The translations under genes were made by a program, and so were the position numbers. DNA of 64,000 bases from Lama guanicoe (taxonomy: Eukaryota): NCBI GenBank assembly GCA_013239625.1, contig MU054187.1, positions 24,492,433 to 24,556,432 of the forward strand, read 5' to 3'. The notes under the pieces were generated by a model. That model was not told the DNA's origin. It did no database searches and saw nothing but the letters and a program-made list of their open reading frames with translations. Below are positions 52,596 to 64,000 of this stretch, piece by piece. Each line of letters opens with the position of its first letter. Positions within the stretch are counted from its first letter, which is position 1.

Positions 52596-53512
52596 ATCTC
52601 CCAGGCCAAGGCACAAGATAAAATCCCAGAAGAAGAAATAAGTGATGAGGTGATAGGCAATTTATCTGAGAAAGGGTTTAAAGTAATGATGGTGAAGATG
52701 TTCAGGGAACTCAAGAGGAGTACAGATGCACAGAGCTAAGTCTTTAACAAAGAGTCGGAAAACATGAAGAATACACAAACAGAGCTGAAGAATAAAATCA
52801 CTGACATGAGTAACACACTAGAACGAACCAAGAATAGACTAAATGAGGCAGAAGAATGGATCAGTGAGCTAGAAGACAGATTAGTGGAAATCACTACTGC
52901 AGAACAGAAAAAAGAAAAAAGAATGAACAGAAATGAGGATAGTTTAAGAGAACTCTGGGACAACATGAAGCACACTAACATTCACATTGTAGAGGTCCCA
53001 GAAAGACAAGAGAGAGAAAAAGGACCTGAAAACATTTCTGGAGAGATAATAACTGAAAACTTCCCCCACTTGGAAAAGGAAACAGTCACCCAAGTCCAGG
53101 AAGTGCAGAGAGTTCCACACAGGATCAACCCAAAGAGGAACACACCAAGGCACATAGTCATCAATTTGAAAAAAATTAAGGATAAGGAGAAAAAATTAAA
53201 ATCAGCAAGAGAAAAGCAACAAATAACATACAGGGGAGCTCTCATAAGGTATCAGCTGATTTTTTCAGCAGAATGGCAAGATATATTTAAAGTGATGAAA
53301 GGGAAAAATGTACAATGAAGAATACTCTATCTAGCAAGGCTCTCATTCAGACTTGGTGGAGAAATCAAAAGCTTCACAGATGAATAAAAGCTAAAAGAAT
53401 TCAGCACCACCAAACCAGCTTTACAACAAATGTTAAAGAACTTCTCTAGTCATCAAGCCATAAGAAAAGAGAACAAAAAGAAGAAAGAGAAAAAAAAAAA
53501 AAGGCCTCCAAA
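52596..53512 (+). mobile_element. ORF1 fragment of a second L1 (different subfamily from 39299-40035)
   Basis: ORF 52764-53318 (RLNEAEEWISELEDR, LRELWDNMKHTNIHI, QEVQRVPHRINPKRNTPRHIVI). ORF1 end at ~53449, then an A-rich spacer. Confidence 0.93.
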
Positions 53513-54020
53513 AGATTGCTTTGGCAGTTTGGGCTCTTTTATGGTTCAGTATAAATTCTGGAATTGTTTGTTCTAGCTGTGTGAAAACTGTCATAAGTAC
53601 TTTGACAGGGGTTGTGTTGGACCCAGATTGCTTTGGTTAGATTTTGATAATGTTGATTTTTCCAATCCAAGAGCACATTTTTTTGTATGATCTTCGATTT
53701 CCTTCATCAGTGTTTTATGGTTTTCAGAGCATAGGTAACTTCCTTGGTTAAGTTTATTTCTAGGTATTTTGTTCTTTTTGATGCAGTGGAAATGTATATG
53801 CCACTTACAGAATTCTGGTTTTTGAAATGGAAAAAAAAAGTGAATGAAGGACTGCAAATGGCAAAATAACTTTCTTATGTGTGAGTTGTATTCCATTACA
53901 TACATATGCTGCATCTTCCTTATCCATTCATCTATTGCTGTGCACTTAATGATGCTGCCATATCTTGCCAGTTATAAATAATGTTGCTGTTAATAGCAGG
54001 GTGTATGTACTTTTTGAATT
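53513..54020 (-). mobile_element. Two short antisense L1 ORF2 fragments (~53513-53790 and ~53850-54020)
   Basis: ORF 53591-53914(-) contains L1-like SENHKTLMKEIEDHTKK. TGCAAATGGCAAAAT...TATTCCATT...CCTTATCCATTCATCT is the reverse ORF2 3' end. Confidence 0.75.
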
Positions 54021-54224
54021 AATTATTATTTTGTAGTTGGCTTTATTCCTTTGATATCTATGTAAGTTTAAAACCTAAAGCTCTAAATGTTCTTAGAAAC
54101 AATGAGCAGTACATATGTGTACATTTTAAAAATATGTGCAGTATATTGTGTATATGTATTTACATGTAATACATTGTATATGTGCAGTCAAATTATAACA
54201 ATTCTACCTAATAAAAATGAAAAA

Positions 54225-55030
54225 AATACTCCAGAAATGATAAATGCTGGAGAGGCTGTGGAGAAAAGGGAACCCTCCTACACTGTTGGTGGGAATGCAG
54301 TTTGGTGGAGCCATTTTTGGAAAACAGTATGAAGATTCCTCAGAAAACTAAAAATAGACTTACCCTATGATCCAGCAATCCCACTCCTGAACATATATCT
54401 GGAAGAACCTCAAATTCAAAAAGATACGTGCACTCCAATATTCACAGCAGCACTTATACAATATCCCAGACATGGAAACAACCCAAATGTCAATTGACAG
54501 GTGACTGGATAAAGAAGCTCTGATATACTTATACAATGGAATACTACTCAGCCATAAAAAATAATAAAATAATGTCATTTGCACAACATGGATGGATCTG
54601 GAAATTGTGAAGTAAGTGAAGTAAACCAGAAAGAGAAAGAAAAATACCATATGATGTCACTCATATGTGGAATCTTAAAAAAATAAAAAAGACACTAATG
54701 AACTTATCTACAAAACAGTTACAGACTCACAGACGTAGTAAACAAACTTATGGTTACCAGGTAGAAAAATGGTGGGAAGGGATAGAATGGGAGTTTGAGG
54801 TTTGCAAATATTAACTACTATATATAAAATAGATATAAACAAATTTCTTCTTTATAGCACAGGGAACTATACTGAATGTCTTGTAGTAACCTCTAATGAG
54901 AAAGAATATGAAAGCAAATATATATATATATTTTTATATACATACACACATATATATATGACTGAACATTATACTGTATACCAGAAATTGATGTATTGTA
55001 ACTGACTATACTTCAATTAAAAAAAAAAAA
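54225..55030 (+). mobile_element. 5'-truncated L1 (ORF2 end, 3'UTR and poly(A))
   Basis: TAAATGCTGGAGAGGCTGTGGAGAAAAGGGAACCCTCCTACACTGTTGGTGGG...GACTATACTTCAATT followed by an A-run. Confidence 0.93.
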
Positions 55031-55035
55031 GAAAG

Positions 55036-55220
55036 AAGTAGTTAACATACAAGAACCTACTGTATATCATAGGGAACTATATTCAATTTCTTATAATAAC
55101 ACATACTGGAGAAGAATCTGAAGAGAAAAAAATGTATATATATGTATAACTGAATTGCTTTGCTGTACACCTGAAACTGACACTGTAAATCAACTACACT
55201 TCAATAAAAATATTTTTAAA
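55036..55220 (+). mobile_element. Additional L1 3'UTR tip
   Basis: CAAGAACCTACTGTATATCATAGGGAACTATATTCAA...TGCTGTACACCTGAAACT...CAACTACACTTCAATAAAAA. Confidence 0.85.
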
Positions 55221-55221
55221 T

Positions 55222-55348
55222 GGGGGGAGGGTATAGCTGGAGTGGTAGAGTATATGCTTAGCATGCAGGAGGTTCTGGGTTCAATCCATGGTACCTCCAC
55301 TAAAAATAAATAAATTAAATTACATCCCCCCAAAAAACAAACAAAAAA
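55222..55348 (+). mobile_element. tRNA-derived SINE (Vic-1-like) inserted in an L1 tail
   Basis: GGGGGGAGGGTATAGCTGGAGTGGTAGAGTATATGCTTAGCATGCAGGAGGTTCTGGGTTCAATCC...CCTCCACTAAAAATAAATAAAT. Confidence 0.9.
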
Positions 55349-55369
55349 CTTCTAATATAGCTACCCATT

Positions 55370-55855
55370 TCACTGAGAGTTCATACAATGGCCTGTAATT
55401 CCGTGATCATTCCGGCACTCAGTCACTTGTTTGATTTCATTTCTACTCGTGCCCCCTCACTCTCTCAGCCTCAGTAACGCAGGCCTCCCTACTAACCTGA
55501 GACGGGCCATGCAGATTCCTTCCTCAGGGCTTTTGCACTTGCAAAGCCCTTATCTGAAACATTACTCCCCCAAGTGTCTCTTCTCTCTTTCAGATCTTTG
55601 CTCACATATCACCTTCTTAGTGTGCCTTCCCAGAGTGCCCTACTTCTCCTTTCAGACATCTCAACACTCCCTAGCCGTCCTCTCTACATCAATTTTCTCG
55701 ATAGCATGTATTCTATTTTTTGTTTATTGTCTGTCTCCTCCCACTAAAATGTGAACTCTAGGAGAGCTGATCATTTTTGTATGTTTTATTCACTTCTGTA
55801 TCCCTCTGTGCATGTATATAATGGGCACTCAATAAATACTTATGGAATCAATTAA
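55370..55855 (+). mobile_element. L2 LINE 3' remnant
   Basis: CCTTCCTCAGGGCTTTTGCACTTGC, TTTGTTTATTGTCTGTCTCCTCCCACTAAAATGTGAACTC, GGCACTCAATAAATACTTATGGAAT. Confidence 0.8.
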
Positions 55856-58800
55856 CAATAAGCTAGAACAAACAAGCTTGCTTCATTATCAGAATAAGTC
55901 CTCTCAACAGGGAACACCGGCCATCCTACCAAGACAAGTCTGATTTTCAATCTGCATCTATCCTTTGAATCCCGGAGACCATATCTAGACTGATGAAGTT
56001 CAAGAATCCCAAGGGAGCACTCAAAAAAAAAACAAAAACAAAAACAAAAACACCTTATGGAGTTTTTAATTAGTAAGAAAGAATATCTTTGAGGAACTCA
56101 CTGCAAATTTAAAACTTATACAAACAGAAATTATACAATCTAGGAACCTCTGGAAAGAGTACACGTTAGGCCATTTGATCATTTAGAGGAGGAGGTCAAT
56201 CCCTATTTTTCAACCCTATATTCAATGTATAAAATGAAGTCTCTTCAATTTTAACATGCATGTCTCATATATATAAGGAAGTCTATAGAAAGTAAACTGT
56301 GTGGACCAGTGAAATAAAGTATATGAAGGTGCTTTGTGAAGTTTAAAGGAAATTAAGTTAAAAAATGTAACATAAAACTTTTTACATTTTTATTATGATA
56401 CTAAAATTAAGCCAGGGAGCTGGGTTTACCATGGTGTCTTATGCTTTCAAGACAATAAGAGCTTTGGTGCTACTGAGAAGACACACAGACAACTTTAGCT
56501 TCCCTTCAGGCAAGAGAACTGGCAGCAACAGAGACACGGAGTTTGGGAGGGGAGAGAAGGCAGCAGTTTCTTACGGTGTGGTTGCAGAATCAGGCTTCAG
56601 AAAGCACGGCTCCAAGTGAAAGTTTCTCTGATCATCCTGTTTTCCAATTTCATTTTAGGTGCTTTCTTAATAATGGCCAGAAGATGGCGTGCACAACACC
56701 TAATTCCAGAAATATGTAACCAAATACATTCATGCATTACAGAGTTATATTATTCAGCATATTGGCCTTTAGCTGCCAATGAAGATGACACAAAAAGACA
56801 AATGAAAGTTTAAGAGAATAAATAGGAAAGGGCACATATATCACAGCTACTATCCCTACCTGGACCACTAACATCGCATGATATAACACTCATTCTGAGA
56901 AATCCTTTCATTATGACACTTCAGTATGTGAAAGCGTTGGTTTACAGAATATTCTGGAATTTTTTTTAGATGTTTGTTGTTTCATTGTTTGCTTGCTTTT
57001 TTTAAATGTCAGTAGCCTATAAAGTTTTCCTTTCAAGAATGGCATTTATAGGAAACTCAACTCTCAAGGCATTTTATTTCAACACGTACTGTTTGACGTG
57101 TTTCTACTGAAATAACTGTTTCAACAGTTCCCATGATGCAATCTTTTTAGGCTCCTCCCCTCGGGTCAGATTAGACTCCAGCTCAAGGCAGTGAAGAAGT
57201 GATTGCTTAGTCATCAGAGAACCTCCTCCTCCAAGCCAGACAGACAGAAGGGGCAGCTGCCTGGGAAGACTAAAGTGAAGAGGTTTTCCCAAATTGCTCT
57301 CCTTTTTCCAGCACTCCTGTGAGGTGAGGGTGGGTCCTTTATGCTCTCAAGAGCAAGCCACATCTAGTGAGTAGTTACTGGTTACTCATTCTATTGTAAG
57401 TCTGTGTTGTTATCCGTGAGCCTCTGGTAACATCAGTAAGGGGCTGCAGTGGTCTCAGCTGCACTGTGGTCAGTTCTAACCCGGGCCTTAGCTGGGCCTG
57501 GATGCTAACGAGGGTCATGCATCATCTTCCGTGGGGGCCAGGGGTGGTTGTGGCAACGGTGATTAGCGAGACCCTCAAGGGGTCAAGGACAGAAGCCCTG
57601 TGTGTCAGGTCCAGGTGTCCCTTCCCCCACGTATCCTCACACTGTTGCTGACCGAGGAGGATCAAAGCATAAGGAAGCTCATAGGTTTCTTTGTAAGGAC
57701 CATCACAGCTCTGGTTCTTTACAAAATCTCTTAAAGATTGATGCAAACTCTGCATTTTTAGCATCCTCTGTGTTCTCCGTGGGATCATATTTTTGAAAAA
57801 AAATCTCCTCACAAAAAGACGAGGGCATTTCCCTACTCATTCAAAACCACAGTCTTTCAGTCAAGTTACTTGAAAATACAGCCTTGATCACCTGAATCAT
57901 GGCCTAAATTCTACCCTTTACTCACTAACAGGGACGTGGCTGGAGGAGAACACTAAGCAGTACCTTGTGCTTCCTATTTACAGAGCAACATAGCTGAAGG
58001 ACTTCATCGGATTTCTCATGAATAGAGGTCTCAATGTCTAAGCCAAAAATGGTATTAAAAACAGTGAAGAATCAACATTGTAAAGTGACTATAACTCAAT
58101 TTTTAAAAGTTTTTTAAAAATTGCACATAAAAACAATTGCCATTTTTTCACGAAATAAAGGACTTTTGTATACCCCCCGGAAGTCCACATTTTCAGAATA
58201 AAGGGCAGTACTCTAGCTTTATGGGGGGGGGGGAACAGTGAAGAAAACACGTTGTACCAGGAAAATAAATCCTTCATTCTTTAATTTATTACTTTAAGGA
58301 ATTGGAATGACATACCAGAAATAAATAAAAGATGACAACCACAATTTAATAGGCTCACTTTAATCTTTTCATCTCTAAATATCCCTCATTTATTCAAAGC
58401 TACTATGTGAAGGAACATATATGAATCAGAAGTGATTCACAAAGGTAACCAGAGCATTTTGGACTCCTACCAGCTTCTTGAAGCCTGTAGTATTACACGG
58501 ATCAGTGGGAAGCCTTACATAGAAAAGAAACTGGGCGGAAGTCTACGTACTACGTTCTGAACTTGATTGTTAAGACTCAACTGGTCAGACATGCCTAACT
58601 TCTCCAACTAGTCAGACATTTCAAAGACGAAGGAAATACATCTGTTTATGCACATTGGCACAGGGCTGTAACAGCAGGTACCTTTTACTGAAACGTATCA
58701 AAATATTCATGACCCCCGTCCCCCACTAAAACTGTCCCTTTGTGCCTAAGTCACCATCTTAGGTTGTAATTTGTACTACATAACATTAACCCTTTGAGGA

Positions 58801-58909
58801 CACCGAGATAGACTTTAGTTCTAAGCTCTGATATACTAAATTAGTAGCATTTAATCATGAAATTCTGGACATTGGTAGTCCAATAGCAGAAAAGCCTCAA
58901 GTTTCTGTA

Positions 58910-59056
58910 TGTTGTTTCTTAAACTTTATGACATATGTGAATCACCTGGGAACTTCTGATTCAATGAAAAAGGGTAGATCTCAAGATGCTACAGATTTAA
59001 CAAGCTCCCAGGTGATGCCAGTGCCGCTGGCTCACGCACCACAGTTACAGAGGCAC
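58910..59056. mobile_element. MER5-like DNA transposon remnant
   Basis: TTCTTAAACTT...GAATCACCTGGGAAC...TTCTGATTCA...TTTAACAAGCTCCCAGGTGATGCC...ACCACA. Confidence 0.65.
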
Positions 59057-59664
59057 AGAAAAAAAGCTGTGCGGAGTCTCAGTAGATACTGTGGTCCAAG
59101 TAAAACTGCCCTTCCTAGCATTCCTCAATGAGTCCCTGTTGCAGATCACGCTGGACACATTTAACCAAAACGAAAGTAGTCAAAGATCTTGTCCTTATAA
59201 AGATATACACATACGTAATTTATTTTACTATTTTAGATATTTTTAGAGTACTCTTTCTTGAAGTAGGGAAAAGCTTACTGAAGAGGAGGTAGCAAAATGA
59301 AGGAAAGATGTACAAGCAATGAGTTGGAACAAGAAATTAAAGACAAAAATGTAAGTTTCACAGATGCCAGGTGGCACAATGGAATGGGAGCAGGAGGAGA
59401 AAGAAAGTAACAAAATGAAGGCAGAATTGGCAGGAGATCTGGGGGGAGGGAAGATCCCTGGGAAGGGGAGTGTTCTCAGTCCGCATTCCAAAGGGTGCCG
59501 AGTAAGCAAACCAGTCACCCTGAGTGGTTTCGTTTGGCCTCTGTTGTTTCCCTGCTTCTTCCTCTGCTCAGTTCTGAGAAACTACAGAATGTACATTTAG
59601 TCCTTGACGTATGACTACAACTATAAACCATAATCCACCATCCTGTTTGTCAAAAACATCTGTT

Positions 59665-59860
59665 GTTCTATAAATAAACAAGATTATACACGTATAGCAC
59701 AGGGAAATACATACAAGATCTTTTGGTAACTCACAGCGAAAAAGAATGTGACAATGAATATACATATGTTCATGTATAACTGAAAAATCGTGCTTTACAC
59801 TGGAACGTGACACAACATTGTAAAATGACTGTGACTCAATTTAAAAAAAAGTTTAAAAAA
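59665..59860 (+). mobile_element. Short L1 3'UTR tip with A-tail
   Basis: ATAAACAAGATTATACACGTATAGCACAGGGAAATACATACAAGATC...GACACAACATTGTAAAATGACT...AAAAAAAA. Reverse complement of 62975-63140. Confidence 0.88.
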
Positions 59861-61574
59861 GAATCCATTCTACTTAATATTAGTCCCCATTGTAAGGACA
59901 TCCTTTCTGGCATGTCATTCCAATTCTTTAAAGCAATTCCTTAATTTTCCACAAGGGAAAATCCAGTTTTTCTGTCAAACTAAAACCCACACTTGGTTTT
60001 ACAAAAAAAGGACAAATTTTTGATGCATCTTATCTCAGGAAGAAAGTCACTATGCCCACCCTTTACAAAGCAGATTATGTCAAAAGTTGGAATATTTGGA
60101 ATCCTAGTTAAAGAGCAATTTTTATTTGTTCTATACAAAATAACCTTTCACCTGATTCAAACAATTCAACTGTTAAGTGGTAAGCTAGCACCGTAATCCC
60201 AATACGTAACTCCTTCCTAGTTCAGAGGGAGAGAGAAATGAGGTGGCATTTCTTCACCATCCTTCTGTCTTTGAGAGCAAGAAAAGAGATCACAGAATAT
60301 GATGCATAGGAGACATGGACTTAGAGAGAGATTTAAGACACCCTTACTTCAAGAGAAGCAGCAGCTAATCAGTGGGCTGTCAGGACACCGTCCCAGGAAA
60401 CAACTCTGAATCAGGCACATTACAGGAGAGGCACTGAAGGGCTATTATCAGCCCCTGGGAGCAGTTTTTTCTGGGAGCACAAGACAATGCAGACATGAAC
60501 TCTTAAAGACATTAACATTGATTCATCTTTTCATTTCCGGTGACTTATACTATATCTGGTGAATATTGGGTACTTAATAAACGAATAAAGAAAAGATGCA
60601 AAACCCTTTAAGACCTATGAGCACAGTAGATGCAAAAAAATTAAAATGTTAGCGTTTTTCTTCTTCTGAGATTAGAAAGAAAAATAAAAGTTAAGAAAAA
60701 GAGTACTCCAAAGTAGTTATATTTAAGAAGGATACCTAAAGGGTCTATACATTCATTTTCTTTTTTTTTCTTTTTTTTTCTTTTTCTTTTTTTTTCTACT
60801 TTATTTTTCCATGTTTACACCTAGCAAATACTTTAAATGATTAAATATATATACCATGTATGTTCTATGTTCACAGAAAAACACATTGATATTGATTAGG
60901 TAATTATTGATATTAACATAAAATGTTAGCAATGGTTACCTTGTAGGGTGTGGAAGGAGTAATACTTTGAGAACTGGGAAAGGCTTCCCTTGTTACATTT
61001 ACCCACGTCGGCTGGTAGAGTGTCCTCAGTGACCGTCCAACATGGGCTCTAGCTTTTAACTCCTTTCCTCTCAGAGTGTCTGTGGGCCAAAAAAATGTCC
61101 CTGCCCTGAGAAAGGCAGGTATGAAAGGGTACTGTGTTGACATAAAGGAACACTGAGTTGCCCCTAAAAGGCCAACATATTTCTGTTTTTCCTTTGTTTT
61201 CCCAAAGCCAATAACCATTCACCTTATTTCAGAGGATCAGAGACTTCCACATTCATCTTACTGAGGCTGCTTCCCCAGTCTTTGCTGCAATTTCCACGTA
61301 CCTGCCCATTGGAGGCCAGTGGGACACACAGCTCAGCAACTCTAGACCTTTCACAAATACATCTTAGATGGGGTTGCAGAAGCTTGGGGTTAGCGGCTGG
61401 AATCTCATGCCCAGAGGTTAATAACCAGCTCCACAGGGTACCTTGCCGAACGACACCCACCAGGTAACCACACACGCACGTTTATTCATTCATGCCACTG
61501 TTGACCTCAAGGATTATTCATAGGCTTAATCAAAGAGAGAGAGACGTACAGCCACTTAGGAAGAGAGTTTGACT

Positions 61575-62330
61575 GCTTCTTCCAAAACTAAACATACTCT
61601 TTCCATTCAGCCTACTAGTTTCTCTTTTTGGTATTTACCCAAAGCAGCTGGAAAACTTGTGTCCACACAAAACCTACACATAGATGTTTACAGCAGTTTT
61701 ATTCATAAATTTTTAAAACTTGGAGGCAACCAAGATGTTCTTCCATAAGTGAAGGGATAAATAAACCGAGGCACATCTAGACAATGGAATATTATTCTGC
61801 ACTAATAACAAATGAGCTATCAAACCGTGAAAAGGTGTGAAGTGAACTTAAATGTATATTACTAAGTGAAAGAAGCCAATCCAAAAACACTATGTACTGT
61901 ATGATTCCAACAATATGACATTCTGGAAAAAGCAAAACCATAGAGACAATAAAAGATCAGTGGTTACCAAGGGTTTGGAGTTGAGAAAAAGGATAAATAG
62001 GTGGAACACAGGACATTTAGGGGGCAGTGAAACTACTTTATATGATACTATAGTGATGGATATATGCCATTATATACATTTGTCCAAACCAATGTACAAC
62101 ATCAAGAATGAACTGTAATGTACACTGTGGACCCTGGGTGATTATGACGTATCTGTCAATGTATGTTCATCAACTGTAGCAAATGTATCACTCCACTGGG
62201 GGCATGTTGATAATGAGGGAGGCTATTCATGGCAGGAGTCGTGATCATATGGGAAATTCCTGTATCTTCCCCTCAATTTTGCTGTGAATCTCAAATTGCT
62301 CTAAAAAAAAAAAGTCTACATAAATAAATA
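61575..62330 (+). mobile_element. Old eutherian L1 3' end (L1MC/L1MB-like)
   Basis: GTCCACACAAAACCTACACATAGATGTTTACAGCAG, CTAAGTGAAAGAAGCCAATCC, ATGACATTCTGGAAAAAGCAAAAC, CAATTTTGCTGTGAATCTCAAATTGCTCTAAAAAA. Confidence 0.85.
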
Positions 62331-62859
62331 GTGAAAGAAAAATATTCTTCAAGAACAAAGGCAGGGAGTTGGGAAGCACATCTCTGTCAGGGTGCCATTT
62401 TCTCTTCTACTTAGAGCTCTAAGGTGTTAGGGCCACATGCTACAAACATTCAAACCAAAGTAACAAATGAAAGATTACCATTGCTAAGATGGGGAAATGG
62501 ATGTGTTGAGATGGGGGCCAGGGTGCTGAATATACCTCCTTTCTTTCTTTGCTGGTTCAAAACACTGCCATCTCCCACCAGATACTGGTGGAGAGGTTGG
62601 ATTCACACCCTTCCCAAATCTAAAACCTAGAAATACATTTTCCAAGAAAATCTTAACTAGCAATAAAATCACTTTACAGTCAAGCAAATTGGACGTAGTA
62701 TGGAATTAATTTTTAAATCAGTGACCAGCTGAATATTAAAATCAATATTTTAAAGGCCCAGAATAATTTTTATCAGTTAATACTTATCTATAACTTAAGA
62801 GAGTTATTAGTTTTTCAAATTCATAAACATTCAGAGCCTATGAATGCAACATAGCCTGG

Positions 62860-62884
62860 CTATATATATATATATATATATGTT

Positions 62885-62926
<42 letters not shown>

Positions 62927-62940
62927 TGTGTGTGTGTGTT
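62860..62940. repeat. Compound (TA)n/(TG)n microsatellite
   Basis: Two (TA)n-TGTT-(TG)n blocks visible directly. Confidence 0.95.
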
Positions 62941-62952
62941 GTGGGGGAGATG

Positions 62953-63515
62953 TTTTTTTTAATTTTATTTTATTAAGTTATAATCAGTTTACAATGTTGT
63001 GTCAATTTCCAGTGTAGAGCACAATTTTCAGTTATACATGAACATACAGATATTCATTGTCACATTCTTTTTCACCATGAGCTACCACAGGATCTTGTAT
63101 ATATTTCCCTGTGCTATACAGTATAATCTTGTTTATCTATTCTGCATATGCCTGTCAGTATCTACAAATTCTGTCTGTCCCTTCCCACCCCCCAACCCTG
63201 TCAACCACAAGTAGTTTGTATTCTATGTCTATGAGTCTGTTTTTGTTTTGTATTTATGTTCATTTGTCTTTGTCTTTTCTTTTTTTTCTTTTCTTTTTTT
63301 TGGATTCTACATATGAGCAATCTCATACAGAATTTCTCTTTCTCTTTCTGGCTTACTTCACTTAGAATGACATTCTCCAGGGACATCCATGTTGCTGAAA
63401 ATGGTGTTACATTGTCATTTTTATGGCTGACTAGTATTCCATTGTATACATATACCACATCTCCTTTATCCAGTCATCTGTTGATGGACATTTAGACTGT
63501 TTCCATGTCTTGGTT
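62953..63515 (-). mobile_element. 5'-truncated L1 (ORF2 end and 3'UTR)
   Basis: ORF 63201-63458(-) contains [25 protein letters not shown]-rich tail at ~62953-62973. Confidence 0.93.
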
Positions 63516-64000
63516 TTAATCAACACTCAAAGCACTTAACAGGAGGTAGGATCAAAATGTTTTTTAAGAGATTGATAAAATGCCTGAATTCCCTGCTGGA
63601 GCAGAGGGAGGAAACAGAGCAGGAAAAAAAAAAAAAAAAACAGGATTAACAACCAGAACCCCAGTCACCTCATAAGTTTCTAGGCAACAGGCCTCCTTTC
63701 AAATTCTCACAGGATTTCCTCCCTTACCTGATTCTCTTTAGATGTAAGAATTTATACAGTACCCCTGCGGTTAAGTTTTGAGTGAGTCATCAGCTGGTTC
63801 TGTATGTCAGACAGCCTAGTGCCTTCCACATATCCTTCTGTTGAAACTCAGAGCAGAACACGTCACAAAGCTGCACTATCTCAAAGACAAGACTCCGCCA
63901 GCCTTGGCCAACCTTCTGAGAAGATGTGGGTCCCCATGTTTTTAATTTGCTGGTAATTTATTGTAAAGGGAGACTTATTTTGTCATTTTTGTTTGTTTGT

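Noticed and set aside
1..64000. CRISPR arrays, operons or other prokaryotic systems
   Set aside because: The sequence is mammalian (L1, MIR, L2, MaLR, a processed pseudogene) and no regularly spaced repeat-spacer array is visible.

Overview
Mammalian genomic DNA, most likely camelid: four tRNA-derived SINEs resemble the camelid Vic-1 family as I recall it. The window is AT-rich and repeat-dense, with decayed LINE-1 pieces, L2, MIR, MaLR/ERV LTRs and MER DNA transposons. I found no intact protein-coding gene or convincing exon. The one gene-derived feature is a full-length processed pseudogene of the palmitoyltransferase ZDHHC3 (minus strand, 16060-18642). It has a 5'UTR, a disrupted intronless CDS, a 1.5-kb 3'UTR, AATAAA, poly(A) and a 15-bp TSD, and it sits inside an L1 3' fragment. 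Its most unusual property is that it has diverged almost entirely by A/T-to-G/C changes and has gained CpGs rather than lost them. The bias seems to extend into flanking L1 DNA, which suggests a GC-biased gene conversion (recombination hotspot) footprint creating a CpG island. Other notable structures are an inverted L1 pair sharing private variants (possible arm-to-arm conversion or invertible 3-kb spacer), an ORF1-only L1 made by a microhomology deletion, and a twin-primed L1. Repeat family names and the ZDHHC3 reference protein are from memory, not from searches.
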